A DNA stretch of 64,000 nucleotides from Chitinophagaceae bacterium. GTDB taxonomy: Bacteria > Bacteroidota > Bacteroidia > Chitinophagales > Chitinophagaceae. Below the pieces are notes generated by a model that was given only the letters and a program-made list of their open reading frames with translations, made no database searches and was not told where the DNA came from. Made by a program: the position numbers and the translations under genes. This document shows positions 10,691-20,277 of the stretch, one piece after another; the stretch's first letter is position 1; each line of letters starts with the position of its first letter. The stretch lies in NCBI GenBank assembly GCA_016721085.1, contig JADKJI010000002.1, forward strand, positions 83,630 to 147,629, in the 5' to 3' direction.

Positions 10691-10712
10691 AAAGTAAATA
10701 ATCAGAACTAAA

Positions 10713-11036
10713 TTATCTTTTAAAACTCTGATAAGTATTTATTGGAAGGTATTCATTCTGCTTTTCAGCACTTCGCATGTTTTTTGAATACATCCATACC
10801 CACATCAATGTGAATGAGGGTATAAAGTCCATGCCAGGCAGGATCTCTTCTACAAAGTTGAAGACGCCACCAAATGCTCCTCTCCAGCCACCGAACATTC
10901 TATAGAAGACTACAGCAGATACAGGAGCCCAAATAATATCGCCTATTTCACCAAAACCTGGAATAGCATAAGTAGCATATCCCAAAAGATCCATGATGAT
11001 ACAAACTATCAGCGAAGCGTTACTTGTTCTTTTCAT
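10713..11036 (-). CDS. small membrane protein, unknown function
   Basis: 107-aa ORF with two or three hydrophobic segments. No diagnostic motif recognised. Confidence 0.5.
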   Translation of the reverse strand: MKRTSNASLIVCIIMDLLGYATYAIPGFGEIGDIIWAPVSAVVFYRMFGGWRGAFGGVFNFVEEILPGMDFIPSFTLMWVWMYSKNMRSAEKQNEYLPINTYQSFKR

Positions 11037-11171
11037 TTACACCTGGTTTTACAGCAATAAGATGTAGTAAAGGCTTGAATCGTTGTAAAGGACTGTTTAT
11101 AACGGCAAAAATGCTTGCCAACAGTGGTGTTTTAACATTTTAACAACTAAAGTGCTACTGGAATAAATTCA

Positions 11172-14100
11172 TCAAACAAGAAGCATTCTTTTCTTTAGTA
11201 CTTCTTCAATTTCTTCGATACGGAAAGGTTTTGTTACATAGTCGTTCATACCGGCTTCTAAACATTTTTCACGATCGCCCTGCATAGCATCGGCCGTAAG
11301 GGCAATGATTGGGATATTGCCATGAGGAGCTGCCAGTTTCCTGATTTGTCGGGTGGTGGTAAATCCATCCATTTCAGGCATGTTTACATCCATAAAGATG
11401 AGCACGGGATCGTATTGAGGCAAAACTTCAAGAGCCTGTTTTCCATTTGTAGCCCTTAATATATCGAAGCCCATCTTCCGTAGTACCTCTGTAATAAGCA
11501 TCATGTTTATTGGATCATCTTCCACTACCATGATGGTAACAGCATCGGCAATTTTTTCAATAGACGGTTTATTGGCAATTTCTTCTTCTCGTAAACTGTG
11601 ACCGGCAGTAATTGAACATAATAAACTATACACCTCATATAGCTTAACTGGTTTTGTCAGTAAGTGACTAACGCCCAGCTTTTCTGCTTCATTCTGGTAA
11701 AGATTTTTTTCTATTGATGATAGCATAAGGGTAGCTGGTATGCCAGACAGTCTTGGATTTGAGCGTACCATCTTAATAAATTCAATACCACTATCACCAG
11801 GCATATGCTGGTCAGATATTATTAACCTTGGTAGCTTATTATTTCTTTCTGCATTTTCCAGTATCATTGAAGCTTCTCTTGCAGTGCCAGCTTCCAGTGT
11901 GTTTATATGGAAATAGGTGAGTATATCTTTTATCCATTTTCTGTTATAGGAATTATCTTCAACAACCAGAACATCGAAATTATCAAATCCAGGCTCAATC
12001 ATTAGTTGTGGTTGAGCATCGAGTACTTCTAGTGGCAATTGTAATTTGAATGTACTACCCATTCCAAAATCACTACTTACTGTAAGGGAGCCTTTCATAA
12101 GGTCTGCCAGATTTTTTGAGATGGTAAGTCCCAAACCAGTACCGCCATATTTTCTTGTAGTAGAGGAATCGGCTTGCGTAAAACTTTCAAAAACTTTCTT
12201 GATCTTTTCCTTTGATATACCTATTCCGGTATCTTTTACTGCAATTTCTATATCTAGGTAAGATTTGGCATCTTTCTGATATATACCACCACAAATATTC
12301 ACTGTAATTATTATTTCTCCCTTCTGTGTGAATTTAATGGCGTTGCCAACAAGGTTCACCAGTATTTGCCTGATTCTTACAGCATCTCCATTAAATCTTG
12401 ATGGTAGTTGCGGATCGATACAACAAATCATCTCCAGATTCTTCTCAAAGCTTTTTACGTTTAAGAGGTCTACTGTTTCTTCTACCAATTCATCTAAGCG
12501 GAATGGAATATCATCTATAAATAGTTTGCCTGCTTCAATTTTTGAGAAGTCGAGAATGTCATTTATTATATTAAGTAATCCATAGGCCGATTTCTTTACA
12601 TTTTGCAGATATTCCCTTTGGGATCTCTGTAACTCTGTAGTTAAAACCAGGTCAGTGAATCCAATAATACCGTTCATAGGTGTCCTTAACTCATGACTCA
12701 TATTTGCCATGAATTCACTCTTAGCTTTACTGGCAGATTCGGCCATATCTTTTGCCTGAACCAATTCCTGCTCCATCTGCTTTCTTTCAATGGCCGCAGC
12801 AAGTGTAGTGGCAAATGATTGTAGTATCGAGAATTCGGTAAGGGTCCACTCGCGTTCATTATCTTTTTGACAGAACATCACAAAACCCCAGAAGCGATGC
12901 AGTGTGAAGATTGGTACAGCTACAATTGATTTTACAGATGGGTCCACAATGCCCGATGTCATTATATGCTGATCTATCTCCCTTGTGTGATGATGGAATA
13001 TCTCATCAGTTCTTAGTACCTCAAATAATGGATTCAGCTTATTGGATGTAATTTTCTGTAAGTAAGGGTTGTGATAACTCATTTCCCCAGTATCCCCTTT
13101 CCATTCCAGCATATGGCTGCTCTTCCATTCTTTTTGTTGTTCATCAAACTCATTGGTAAACACTTTCACTTCATCTACATGCATCTTAATGCCCAGCAAT
13201 TGTATCGATTCGCCGATAGCATCGTCGAGGTTGTTATTACTGATCAACTGGTGTGTTGCTTCAGAAACCGCTTGCAGCAAAAGGTCTTTTCTCTGAAGAT
13301 GTTCTTCCACCTTTTTCATCTCGGTGATATTATGGGCAAATCCCAATACCCCCCAAACATAGCCATCGGTATCTTGTAGCGGTACTTTTACCGTGCTAAA
13401 TACCTGTTGCTTTCCATTCAGCAAATTGTATTCTTCCTGAATGAATTTTGTTTTACCTGTTCTTACAACCTCCCTGTCATCTTCCCAGAAACCACGAATA
13501 CCTTTTTCCCGATCACCTTTTACGATGGATTCGTCAAATCCAACTTCTATATCATTTCTTCCAACAAAATCGGAAGGAGATTTCTCTGCAGCATTAGCAA
13601 AGGACTGGTTAACCAATAAATAGCGGTGACCCAGATCTTTTATGAAAATCCAATCTGGTGTTGAATCAATTACAGTACGAAGCAATTCTTCCGATTGTTT
13701 TACTTCCGCCAACAACTGCTCTCTTTCCGCTTCTGCCATCCTTCTTTCAGTGATATTCCTTGAAGTGCAAATGAGTTTCACCACTTCATTTTTTTCCAGA
13801 ACGGGTTTTATGATGGTTTCTAACCAAATATAATCCTCATTCTTTTTCCTCATCCTGTAACGAATGGTGACAAACTCCACCACTTCTAATGGCTGACTTG
13901 TTTCTGTTGGAGAGAATTTTGAAATATCTTCAGGATGAACAAAAGAATATATATTCATTCCTTCAACTTCATCGGGACGATATCCCAACACCTTATATAC
14001 TGATGGGGAAACATAATGCAACATACCATCGACCCCATTTACCGTAATGATGTCTTCAGAGTGTTCAGCTAATAGACGGAATTTTATTTCACTATTCTGT

Positions 14101-15545
14101 AAGGCGCTTTCTGATTCTTTCTGTGAAGTAATATCTTGCGCAATACCGAATGCATAGGTGTCGTCAATAATTTTTCCTTTCAATGACAGATAACGAAGAT
14201 TGCCTTGGCTGGTTAGGATTCTGTAAGAGAAGCTGGATTCTTTATCTTTTTCATTTCTGCTTGCAAAAGCTTCTTTGAATAGTTTGGCTAACTTTTCACG
14301 ATCTTCTTCATAAACATATTGCTGAACATATTTTTCAGTAGTCGTATCCAGGCTTGTTCCGGGAGGAGCTTCCAATAAGGCTAGTAACTCAGCACTCAAA
14401 TGCAATTCACCAGTATGCAGATTGAGTTTCCAATTACCCATGCGCGCATAGGTCATGGCATAGGAAGACGTATGAATAGCTTCTTCTTTTTGTAATTCCG
14501 CAATTACCCTGTCGGTTACATTAGTACCTATACCTTGTATTTCATAAACATCCTGTTCATTTCGAAGAGCCAGGAACTCCCATTCGGTCCAAAGCAATTC
14601 TTTGCTTTGCAAAACTGGTTTCTTTATAAGTAGTTTGAATATCTGTCCGGGATTGGCCCAGCAGGCATCAGCTACTTTTTGGCATTTAGGAATATCTTTT
14701 GTGAGAATGGTAGCATAGAACGGGGTATGAAGTAAAGAGGATTCTTCATGTCCGAATGTTCTCAGGAATTCAGGATTGGCAAAAGTAAAATTACCTGCCT
14801 GGTCTATCCGGATTACATAATTCGTTTGTGTATTAAGAATCGATGCGAGGTATTGCTTTTCCTGTAACAGTTCATTTCTGGCTTTCTGAAGAGCATCGAA
14901 GTTTTTTCGGCCACTGCGGAATAGAGGTTCAATAACAAGAAGTATGAGACAGATCAATGCAACTACCAACGAAATGAACTTACTTGTATTGATGGTGTCG
15001 CCTTCTGCTATCTTTTCATCCAATACTTTTTTCAGGGAAACAGAAAGATCATTAAGTATAGGTCTGAGTTTCTTTTCATTCTGTAATAATTCGCGTTTGT
15101 AAAGAGCACCATTCAGTCGAACCAAATCACTATCGGATTGTGCTACTTCTTTTGTAACTGCAATGATGCTTTTTAGATGAAATTGGGCATTATTAAAGAG
15201 TCTTTTTGCCTCCAGCGTATTCAATGTAACGGGAATGCGGGTAAGACGAATTTTTCTTTCAAGTATATTGTTGTTCGAAGTGAATACTGAAATGTCATTT
15301 TCCAACTCTTGTCTTAATTGGTTAGCATCAGATTCATTCAGCTGACCATCTATAAATATCAGGGAGGATTTTACAATCATCTGGCTCAGGGTAAGCTGTT
15401 GGGCAGCTTTATCTGTAACTTTTACCAGTTCTTCGTTTTCCCGTGATTTGCGGTCGCTTAAGGTGTAGCCAAAAAAATTGAACAGGAGTATACCTGCCAC
15501 AATAATGATGGCCATTCGAAATATCTTTCGGAAAGGGGTGTTCAT
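11172..15545 (-). CDS. hybrid sensor histidine kinase/response regulator (PAS/GAF repeats, HisKA, HATPase, two receiver domains)
   Basis: N-terminal TM segments flank a helical sensor region, followed by several PAS-like segments. H-box SHELRTPMNGIIG and G-box GGTGLGLTISKNL are present. Two receiver domains are present (DQHMPGDSG..KP and DVNMPEMDG..KPF). Confidence 0.9.
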   Translation of the reverse strand: MNTPFRKIFRMAIIIVAGILLFNFFGYTLSDRKSRENEELVKVTDKAAQQLTLSQMIVKSSLIFIDGQLNESDANQLRQELENDISVFTSNNNILERKIRLTRIPVTLNTLEAKRLFNNAQFHLKSIIAVTKEVAQSDSDLVRLNGALYKRELLQNEKKLRPILNDLSVSLKKVLDEKIAEGDTINTSKFISLVVALICLILLVIEPLFRSGRKNFDALQKARNELLQEKQYLASILNTQTNYVIRIDQAGNFTFANPEFLRTFGHEESSLLHTPFYATILTKDIPKCQKVADACWANPGQIFKLLIKKPVLQSKELLWTEWEFLALRNEQDVYEIQGIGTNVTDRVIAELQKEEAIHTSSYAMTYARMGNWKLNLHTGELHLSAELLALLEAPPGTSLDTTTEKYVQQYVYEEDREKLAKLFKEAFASRNEKDKESSFSYRILTSQGNLRYLSLKGKIIDDTYAFGIAQDITSQKESESALQNSEIKFRLLAEHSEDIITVNGVDGMLHYVSPSVYKVLGYRPDEVEGMNIYSFVHPEDISKFSPTETSQPLEVVEFVTIRYRMRKKNEDYIWLETIIKPVLEKNEVVKLICTSRNITERRMAEAEREQLLAEVKQSEELLRTVIDSTPDWIFIKDLGHRYLLVNQSFANAAEKSPSDFVGRNDIEVGFDESIVKGDREKGIRGFWEDDREVVRTGKTKFIQEEYNLLNGKQQVFSTVKVPLQDTDGYVWGVLGFAHNITEMKKVEEHLQRKDLLLQAVSEATHQLISNNNLDDAIGESIQLLGIKMHVDEVKVFTNEFDEQQKEWKSSHMLEWKGDTGEMSYHNPYLQKITSNKLNPLFEVLRTDEIFHHHTREIDQHIMTSGIVDPSVKSIVAVPIFTLHRFWGFVMFCQKDNEREWTLTEFSILQSFATTLAAAIERKQMEQELVQAKDMAESASKAKSEFMANMSHELRTPMNGIIGFTDLVLTTELQRSQREYLQNVKKSAYGLLNIINDILDFSKIEAGKLFIDDIPFRLDELVEETVDLLNVKSFEKNLEMICCIDPQLPSRFNGDAVRIRQILVNLVGNAIKFTQKGEIIITVNICGGIYQKDAKSYLDIEIAVKDTGIGISKEKIKKVFESFTQADSSTTRKYGGTGLGLTISKNLADLMKGSLTVSSDFGMGSTFKLQLPLEVLDAQPQLMIEPGFDNFDVLVVEDNSYNRKWIKDILTYFHINTLEAGTAREASMILENAERNNKLPRLIISDQHMPGDSGIEFIKMVRSNPRLSGIPATLMLSSIEKNLYQNEAEKLGVSHLLTKPVKLYEVYSLLCSITAGHSLREEEIANKPSIEKIADAVTIMVVEDDPINMMLITEVLRKMGFDILRATNGKQALEVLPQYDPVLIFMDVNMPEMDGFTTTRQIRKLAAPHGNIPIIALTADAMQGDREKCLEAGMNDYVTKPFRIEEIEEVLKKRMLLV

Positions 15546-15652
15546 GGTTTTTCGAAAAGGAAAATGATGCTTGTAATAAACTACTGGGCAGGGTGTTATA
15601 TTGGATATGGGGGTAAGTATTTTGATTTACTAAGGGTAAACTTAGAGGTCGG

Positions 15653-15865
15653 AGATGTTCAAAAAGTTCCAGAAGTTCCAAAGGGGTTTAAAGTTTAAGA
15701 GTTTAAGGGTTTAAGGTTCTTAAGTGTTACAGCGTGAGTATGTTCGAGAAGTTCAATAGGTTCAAGATGTTCCGGCCGAGGCGCTAAGGTGCGTGTCTTC
15801 ACGCACCTTTTTAATGAGGGCCTCTTCAAATCACAAATATTCTTCCCGACTTCCCGGTTATAAAG
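15653..15865. repeat. composite stutter-word repeat, left copy of an inverted pair (partner 18650-18896)
   Basis: Its reverse complement aligns with 18650-18896. The alignment includes an identical 26-mer (GGTGCGTGAAGACACGCACCTTAGCG), GGAACATCTTGAAC, CGCTGTAACAC and the TTAAAC word series. Confidence 0.8.
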
Positions 15866-15957
15866 GGAAGTCGAAAAGAATACTTGTAATATCATGGATG
15901 CCTTATTTTAAAGTTCAAAAAATTCAATAGGTTCCATAGGGAATGCAAATTTATTTC

Positions 15958-16015
15958 ACCGCAGAGGCGCGGAGACGCAGAGGAATTTCTCCCTGCGTCT
16001 CCGCGTCTCTGCGGT
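15958..16015. repeat. GC-rich palindrome family B, copy 2 (most complete)
   Basis: ACCGCAGAGGCGCGGAGACGCAGAGG-AATTTCT-CCCTGCGTCTCCGCGTCTCTGCGGT. The arms are about 25 bp with one G-T position. It lies 24 nt downstream of the mqnC stop and is preceded by TTCAATAGGTTCCATAGGG (15923-15941). Confidence 0.9.
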
Positions 16016-16038
16016 AAAAGAAATCAGAACCTGATAAG

Positions 16039-17163
16039 TTAGTAAGTAATGGTCTGCTCTTCAATTACTTGTGGCAGTTCTCGCCACTCATACTGCTGGT
16101 TACGGAGCTGGGGTTCGAAGCCGGCTTCAGCAATAGCTTCCTGGATAGATTTGTAGGTGAATCGGTGTGGGGCACCAGCGGCACTCACCACATTTTCTTC
16201 CAGCATTATACTTCCGAAGTCGTTGGCGCCGGCATGAAGACAGATCTGGGCGGTCTGCTTTCCAACAGTAAGCCAGGATGCCTGAATGTTTTTGACATTA
16301 GGCAACATGATACGGCTGATGGCAATCATTCTTATATATTCGTCTGGAGTAGTCAGGTTGTGAACGCCTCTGATGCGAGCCAATAAAGTATCGGCATCCT
16401 GGAAGGTCCAGGGGATAAAGGCCAGGAATCCTTTTGCATCAGCAGGCTTGCGGCTTTGAACCTCCCTGATTTTTATGAGGTGTTCAAAACGTTCTTCCAG
16501 GGTTTCAACATGACCAAACATCATGGTGGCAGATGTTGTAATATGTTGTTGGTGAGCTTCTTGCATTATATCTAACCATTCCTGAGCTCCACACTTTCCT
16601 TTTGAAATAAGACGGCGAACCCTGTCTACAAGAATTTCAGCACCTGCACCTGGTAAGCTATCCAATCCCGAAGCTTTCAGCGCTTTCAGTACTTCACGGT
16701 GGGTGGATTTTTCCAGTTTAGTGATATGGGCTACTTCGGGTGGTCCGAGGGTATGTAATTTAATGGTAGGGTAGAGGTCTTTTAACTGCTTAAACAGATC
16801 GGTGTAAAAGGCTAGCCCCAATTCAGGGTGATGGCCGCCCTGGAGTAGTAACTGGTCGCCTCCCCAGCGAATCGTTTCTTCAATCTTCTTTTTGTAGGTA
16901 TCGATATCAGTTATATAGGCTTCTGCATGACCGGGAATTCTATAGAAATTACAGAACTTACAATTGGCGATGCACACATTTGTCGTATTCACGTTACGAT
17001 CTATCTGCCAGGTAACTTTTCCGTGAGGAACCTGTTTTTTTCGCAGTTCATTAGCAACAAACATCAGCTCAGTAAGGGGAGCATGTTGAAAAAGGAATTG
17101 GCCTTCTTCAGCAGAAAGAAACTCGAATTGAAGGGCACGGTCGTATAATTGCTGGAGGTTCAT
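16039..17163 (-). CDS. mqnC: CofH/MqnC-family radical SAM enzyme of the futalosine menaquinone pathway (most like cyclic dehypoxanthinyl futalosine synthase)
   Basis: Radical SAM cluster motif CIANCKFCNF, plus GGDQLLLQGG, MMFGHVET and ANDFGSIMLEENVVSAAG. I cannot exclude the MqnE paralogue without an alignment. Confidence 0.7.
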   Translation of the reverse strand: MNLQQLYDRALQFEFLSAEEGQFLFQHAPLTELMFVANELRKKQVPHGKVTWQIDRNVNTTNVCIANCKFCNFYRIPGHAEAYITDIDTYKKKIEETIRWGGDQLLLQGGHHPELGLAFYTDLFKQLKDLYPTIKLHTLGPPEVAHITKLEKSTHREVLKALKASGLDSLPGAGAEILVDRVRRLISKGKCGAQEWLDIMQEAHQQHITTSATMMFGHVETLEERFEHLIKIREVQSRKPADAKGFLAFIPWTFQDADTLLARIRGVHNLTTPDEYIRMIAISRIMLPNVKNIQASWLTVGKQTAQICLHAGANDFGSIMLEENVVSAAGAPHRFTYKSIQEAIAEAGFEPQLRNQQYEWRELPQVIEEQTITY

Positions 17164-17345
17164 ACTTAAAATTGAAAGGCAAAAATAGGAAAGGATTTAT
17201 TGGCTTGTGCATTTGTTTATTATAGGTGGTTAGGAAAATAGGGGTGGAAGAACTAATTTAATTGTATAAAAGCAGCCATTTTTGAAACGGGCTGTCATTT
17301 AATTACGTATTGCCTATTATCCAAGCTGTTGTATAAATCGATTGC

Positions 17346-18539
17346 ATGTCAAAAAGCTGGTTATTCCCAATTCTGCTGCTCCTTTTGGGGAAAGGCCTTA
17401 AGGCTCAGGAAGAATTTGTGCCACCACCTTCCAGGCTGATCACTAAATTCTCATTCCGATTACTTACAGGAGGAATTATAACATTTAAAGCCCATCTGAA
17501 TAATTATAAAGATACCCTGAACTTCATTCTGGATACAGGAAGTGGCGGTATTTCGCTTGATTCAATGACTACTTTAAGGCTGAACCTGAAGACTGAAATG
17601 AGTGACAGGACTATCAGAGGAATTGCAGGTATCAGGCAGGTGCGATTTGCATACAATAATAGTTTGGAGATTCCCGGATTGAAAATGGATAGCCTCAATT
17701 TCCATATTAACGATTATGATGTACTCACCAGTTCTTATGGTGAAAAGATAGATGGCATTATGGGATATGCTTTTCTATCGAGATACATCGTTAAGATAGA
17801 CTATGATAGTTCCAAGATATATGTATATAGCAAAGGGACATTCAAATATCCCCGTGGAGGATTTCTCATTAAGCCCATTCTGGTAAACCTGCCGATTGTT
17901 AATACTACTGTTAGGGATGCCAAAGAAATGCTGCACCGATATTATTTTGATACTGGAGCTGGTATGTGCCTATTGTTGTCGAGCGATTTTGTAAATGACA
18001 GCTTGTTTGTTAATACCAAAAAGCGTTGGTATGCTACACAGGCTGAGGGATTGGGAGGTAAAGCCTCCATGAAGCAGGGGGTAGTGAAGCAGGTACGAAT
18101 AGGGCCTTATAAGTTTAAGAACGTACCTACTTTTATATTTGAAGATGAGTTTAATGTAACATCCTATCCATATCTCGGTGGATTGATAGGGAATGATTTG
18201 TTGCGTCGGTTCAATGTAATTCTGAATTACGACCGTAGAGATATATATCTTATGCCGAACTCTCATTTCCATGACCCTTTCGATTATTCGTATACTGGGT
18301 TGGGAATGTATGTTATTGATGGGGAGATAAGGATTGTGGATGTGATGCCTGAATCGCCAGCCATGGAAGCCGGTTTCAAACCTGGAGATATAGTATTAGC
18401 GGTTGAGAACAATTTCACCAGTAATATTCAGGCGTATAAGGCTTTATTGCAAACTCCGGGTGGGAAGTTGAAAGTGCTGGTGTTAAGGGAGGATGGTCCG
18501 GTGTTGTTGACGTTGAAGGTGAAGAGTATAATGAATTGA
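17346..18539 (+). CDS. secreted retropepsin-like aspartyl protease (two DTG lobes) with C-terminal PDZ domain
   Basis: Signal peptide. Two catalytic-type motifs, ILDTGSGGISL and YFDTGAGMCLL. C-terminal PDZ-like segment GMYVIDGEIRIVDVMPESPAMEAGFKPGDIVLAVEN. Confidence 0.75.
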   Translation: MSKSWLFPILLLLLGKGLKAQEEFVPPPSRLITKFSFRLLTGGIITFKAHLNNYKDTLNFILDTGSGGISLDSMTTLRLNLKTEMSDRTIRGIAGIRQVRFAYNNSLEIPGLKMDSLNFHINDYDVLTSSYGEKIDGIMGYAFLSRYIVKIDYDSSKIYVYSKGTFKYPRGGFLIKPILVNLPIVNTTVRDAKEMLHRYYFDTGAGMCLLLSSDFVNDSLFVNTKKRWYATQAEGLGGKASMKQGVVKQVRIGPYKFKNVPTFIFEDEFNVTSYPYLGGLIGNDLLRRFNVILNYDRRDIYLMPNSHFHDPFDYSYTGLGMYVIDGEIRIVDVMPESPAMEAGFKPGDIVLAVENNFTSNIQAYKALLQTPGGKLKVLVLREDGPVLLTLKVKSIMN

Positions 18540-18649
18540 GACTTTGCCTAAGGCTAAAGGCCCAAAGCCCAGGGCGAATACAAATACTAGGAAGTAGCCT
18601 TTTTCACGCTGTACTCCGGGGAAGTGGCGCTGCGCGAAGCAACTCCAAT

Positions 18650-18896
18650 TTTATACTCGGAGGAGTCCGGCAAGAATATTAATGCTGATTTTATGGAGTT
18701 GCCTCTAATTTAACCAGAGGTGCGTGAAGACACGCACCTTAGCGTGGGTTTTGAGCATCTGCCCTCTGGAACATCTTGAACTTCTTGAACTTTTTGAACA
18801 TACTCTCGCTGTAACACATAGGAACATTAAACCTTAAACCCTTAAACTTTAAACTCCTCTGGAACTTTTCGAACCTATTGAACCTTTTGAACATCT
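18650..18896. repeat. composite stutter-word repeat, right copy of the inverted pair
   Basis: See 15653-15865. It contains TTGAAC words at 9-nt spacing (18776, 18785, 18794) and TTAAAC words at 7-8-nt spacing (18827, 18834, 18842, 18849). Confidence 0.8.
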
Positions 18897-18945
18897 TAGA
18901 GTTTTCCCCCACTTTGTCGTTAATTTGCTCCCGAAAACTTACTTA

Positions 18946-20184
18946 ATGATTCAACTGGAAAAATTCACCTTGCCGAATGGGCTACGTGTTGTTGTAAATG
19001 AGGACCCTTCCACGCCGATGGCCGTGGTGAACGTACTTTATGATGTAGGCTCAAAAGATGAAAATCCCGAGAAAACAGGGTTCGCCCATCTTTTCGAACA
19101 CCTGATGTTTGGCGGTTCTATCAACGTCCCCGACTTCGAAACACCCCTGCAAATGGCAGGAGGTGAAAACAATGCCTACACCAGCGCCGACCTCACCAAT
19201 TACTATATACAGCTTCCTTCAGAAAACCTGGAAACAGCATTTTGGATGGAAAGTGACCGTATGCTTTCACTTGACTTCAATGATAAAACCCTTGAAGTGC
19301 AGAGAAAAGTGGTGAGCGAGGAATTCAAGGAACATTACCTCAATAAACCCTATGGCGATGTATGGTTTAAGATGAGGGAAATGGCGTATAAAGAACACCC
19401 CTACCGCTGGCTCACTATTGGAAAGGACTTATCGCATATTGAAAATGCTACATTGGAAGATGTGAAAGCATTCTTCTTCAAGCATTATACTCCGTCCAAT
19501 GCTATTTTAGTTGTAGCGGGACAAGTGAAATTGGAGGAAGTAAAAAGACTTGCTGAAAAATGGTTTGGTGATATTCCAGCCGGAGAAAAATATGTGCGAA
19601 ATATTGCACCAGAACCAACCCAAAAGGAAGCGCGCAGGATGGAAGTGACGGCTGCAGTTCCATTAGATGCTTTTTATAAATGCTGGCATATGGAAAGCCG
19701 GCTCGAGAAAGGATATTTTGCTGCCGACTTAATTACAGAAGTGCTAGGTGGTGGAGGTTCCAGCCGCTTATACCAAACACTGGTAAAGGAGAAAAAACTT
19801 TTCAGTGGCATTGAATGCTATCATATGGGTACCGTTGATCATGGACTGCTTACCATTGAAGGGAAACTGGTAAAAGGAGTTACTATGACAGAAGCTGAAA
19901 AGGCTGTTGATGAAATAATCGAGAAATTAAAACAGGATGGCATAAGCGAAAAAGAACTCACTAAAATCAAGAATAAGACAGAAGCCGCTATTGCCTTTGA
20001 AGATATGAGCGTAATGGCGCGTGCTAATAGTCTGGCTTTTTATGAACTTTTAGGAGATGCTGCCCTGTTCCATTCAGACCGTGAGAAATACTTTGCCATA
20101 ACAGCGGAGGATATTCTTCAATATAGCCGTAAGATTTTTGCTGTAAATAATTCAAATACGCTTTGTTATTTCAGTAGTCTTTGA
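18946..20184 (+). CDS. M16 (pitrilysin) family zinc peptidase, catalytic subunit
   Basis: Inverted zinc motif HxxEH is present as HLFEHLMFGG. The start is placed at the ATG at 18946 (MIQLEKFTLPNG); the ORF-track TTG is at 18925. Confidence 0.9.
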   Translation: MIQLEKFTLPNGLRVVVNEDPSTPMAVVNVLYDVGSKDENPEKTGFAHLFEHLMFGGSINVPDFETPLQMAGGENNAYTSADLTNYYIQLPSENLETAFWMESDRMLSLDFNDKTLEVQRKVVSEEFKEHYLNKPYGDVWFKMREMAYKEHPYRWLTIGKDLSHIENATLEDVKAFFFKHYTPSNAILVVAGQVKLEEVKRLAEKWFGDIPAGEKYVRNIAPEPTQKEARRMEVTAAVPLDAFYKCWHMESRLEKGYFAADLITEVLGGGGSSRLYQTLVKEKKLFSGIECYHMGTVDHGLLTIEGKLVKGVTMTEAEKAVDEIIEKLKQDGISEKELTKIKNKTEAAIAFEDMSVMARANSLAFYELLGDAALFHSDREKYFAITAEDILQYSRKIFAVNNSNTLCYFSSL

Positions 20185-20277
20185 TTAGCTCTGAAAGTTT
20201 AAGTTAATCAGAATTCAGTCTTACGATATTGAAGTCAATGTCAGTTCAAACAATTGTAGAAACGATTAAATAGATTC

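Noticed and set aside
15788-15807. The hairpin GGTGCGTGTCTTCACGCACC (and its twin at 18719-18738) as simple intrinsic terminators of mqnC and the protease.
   Set aside because: The T-run follows the hairpin only on the strand that has no upstream gene (the plus strand at 15808). On the gene strands it is followed by TTAGCG. It is better treated as part of the inverted repeat module.
15695-15895. Short ORFs encoded inside the repeat modules that share peptides such as MEPIEHLEPIE or EHLEPIELLEH (15695-15895, 15409-15681, 58771-58980, 63119-63319).
   Set aside because: The similarity is explained by the DNA repeat itself. The frames have no consistent start, stop or length between copies and overlap real gene ends.
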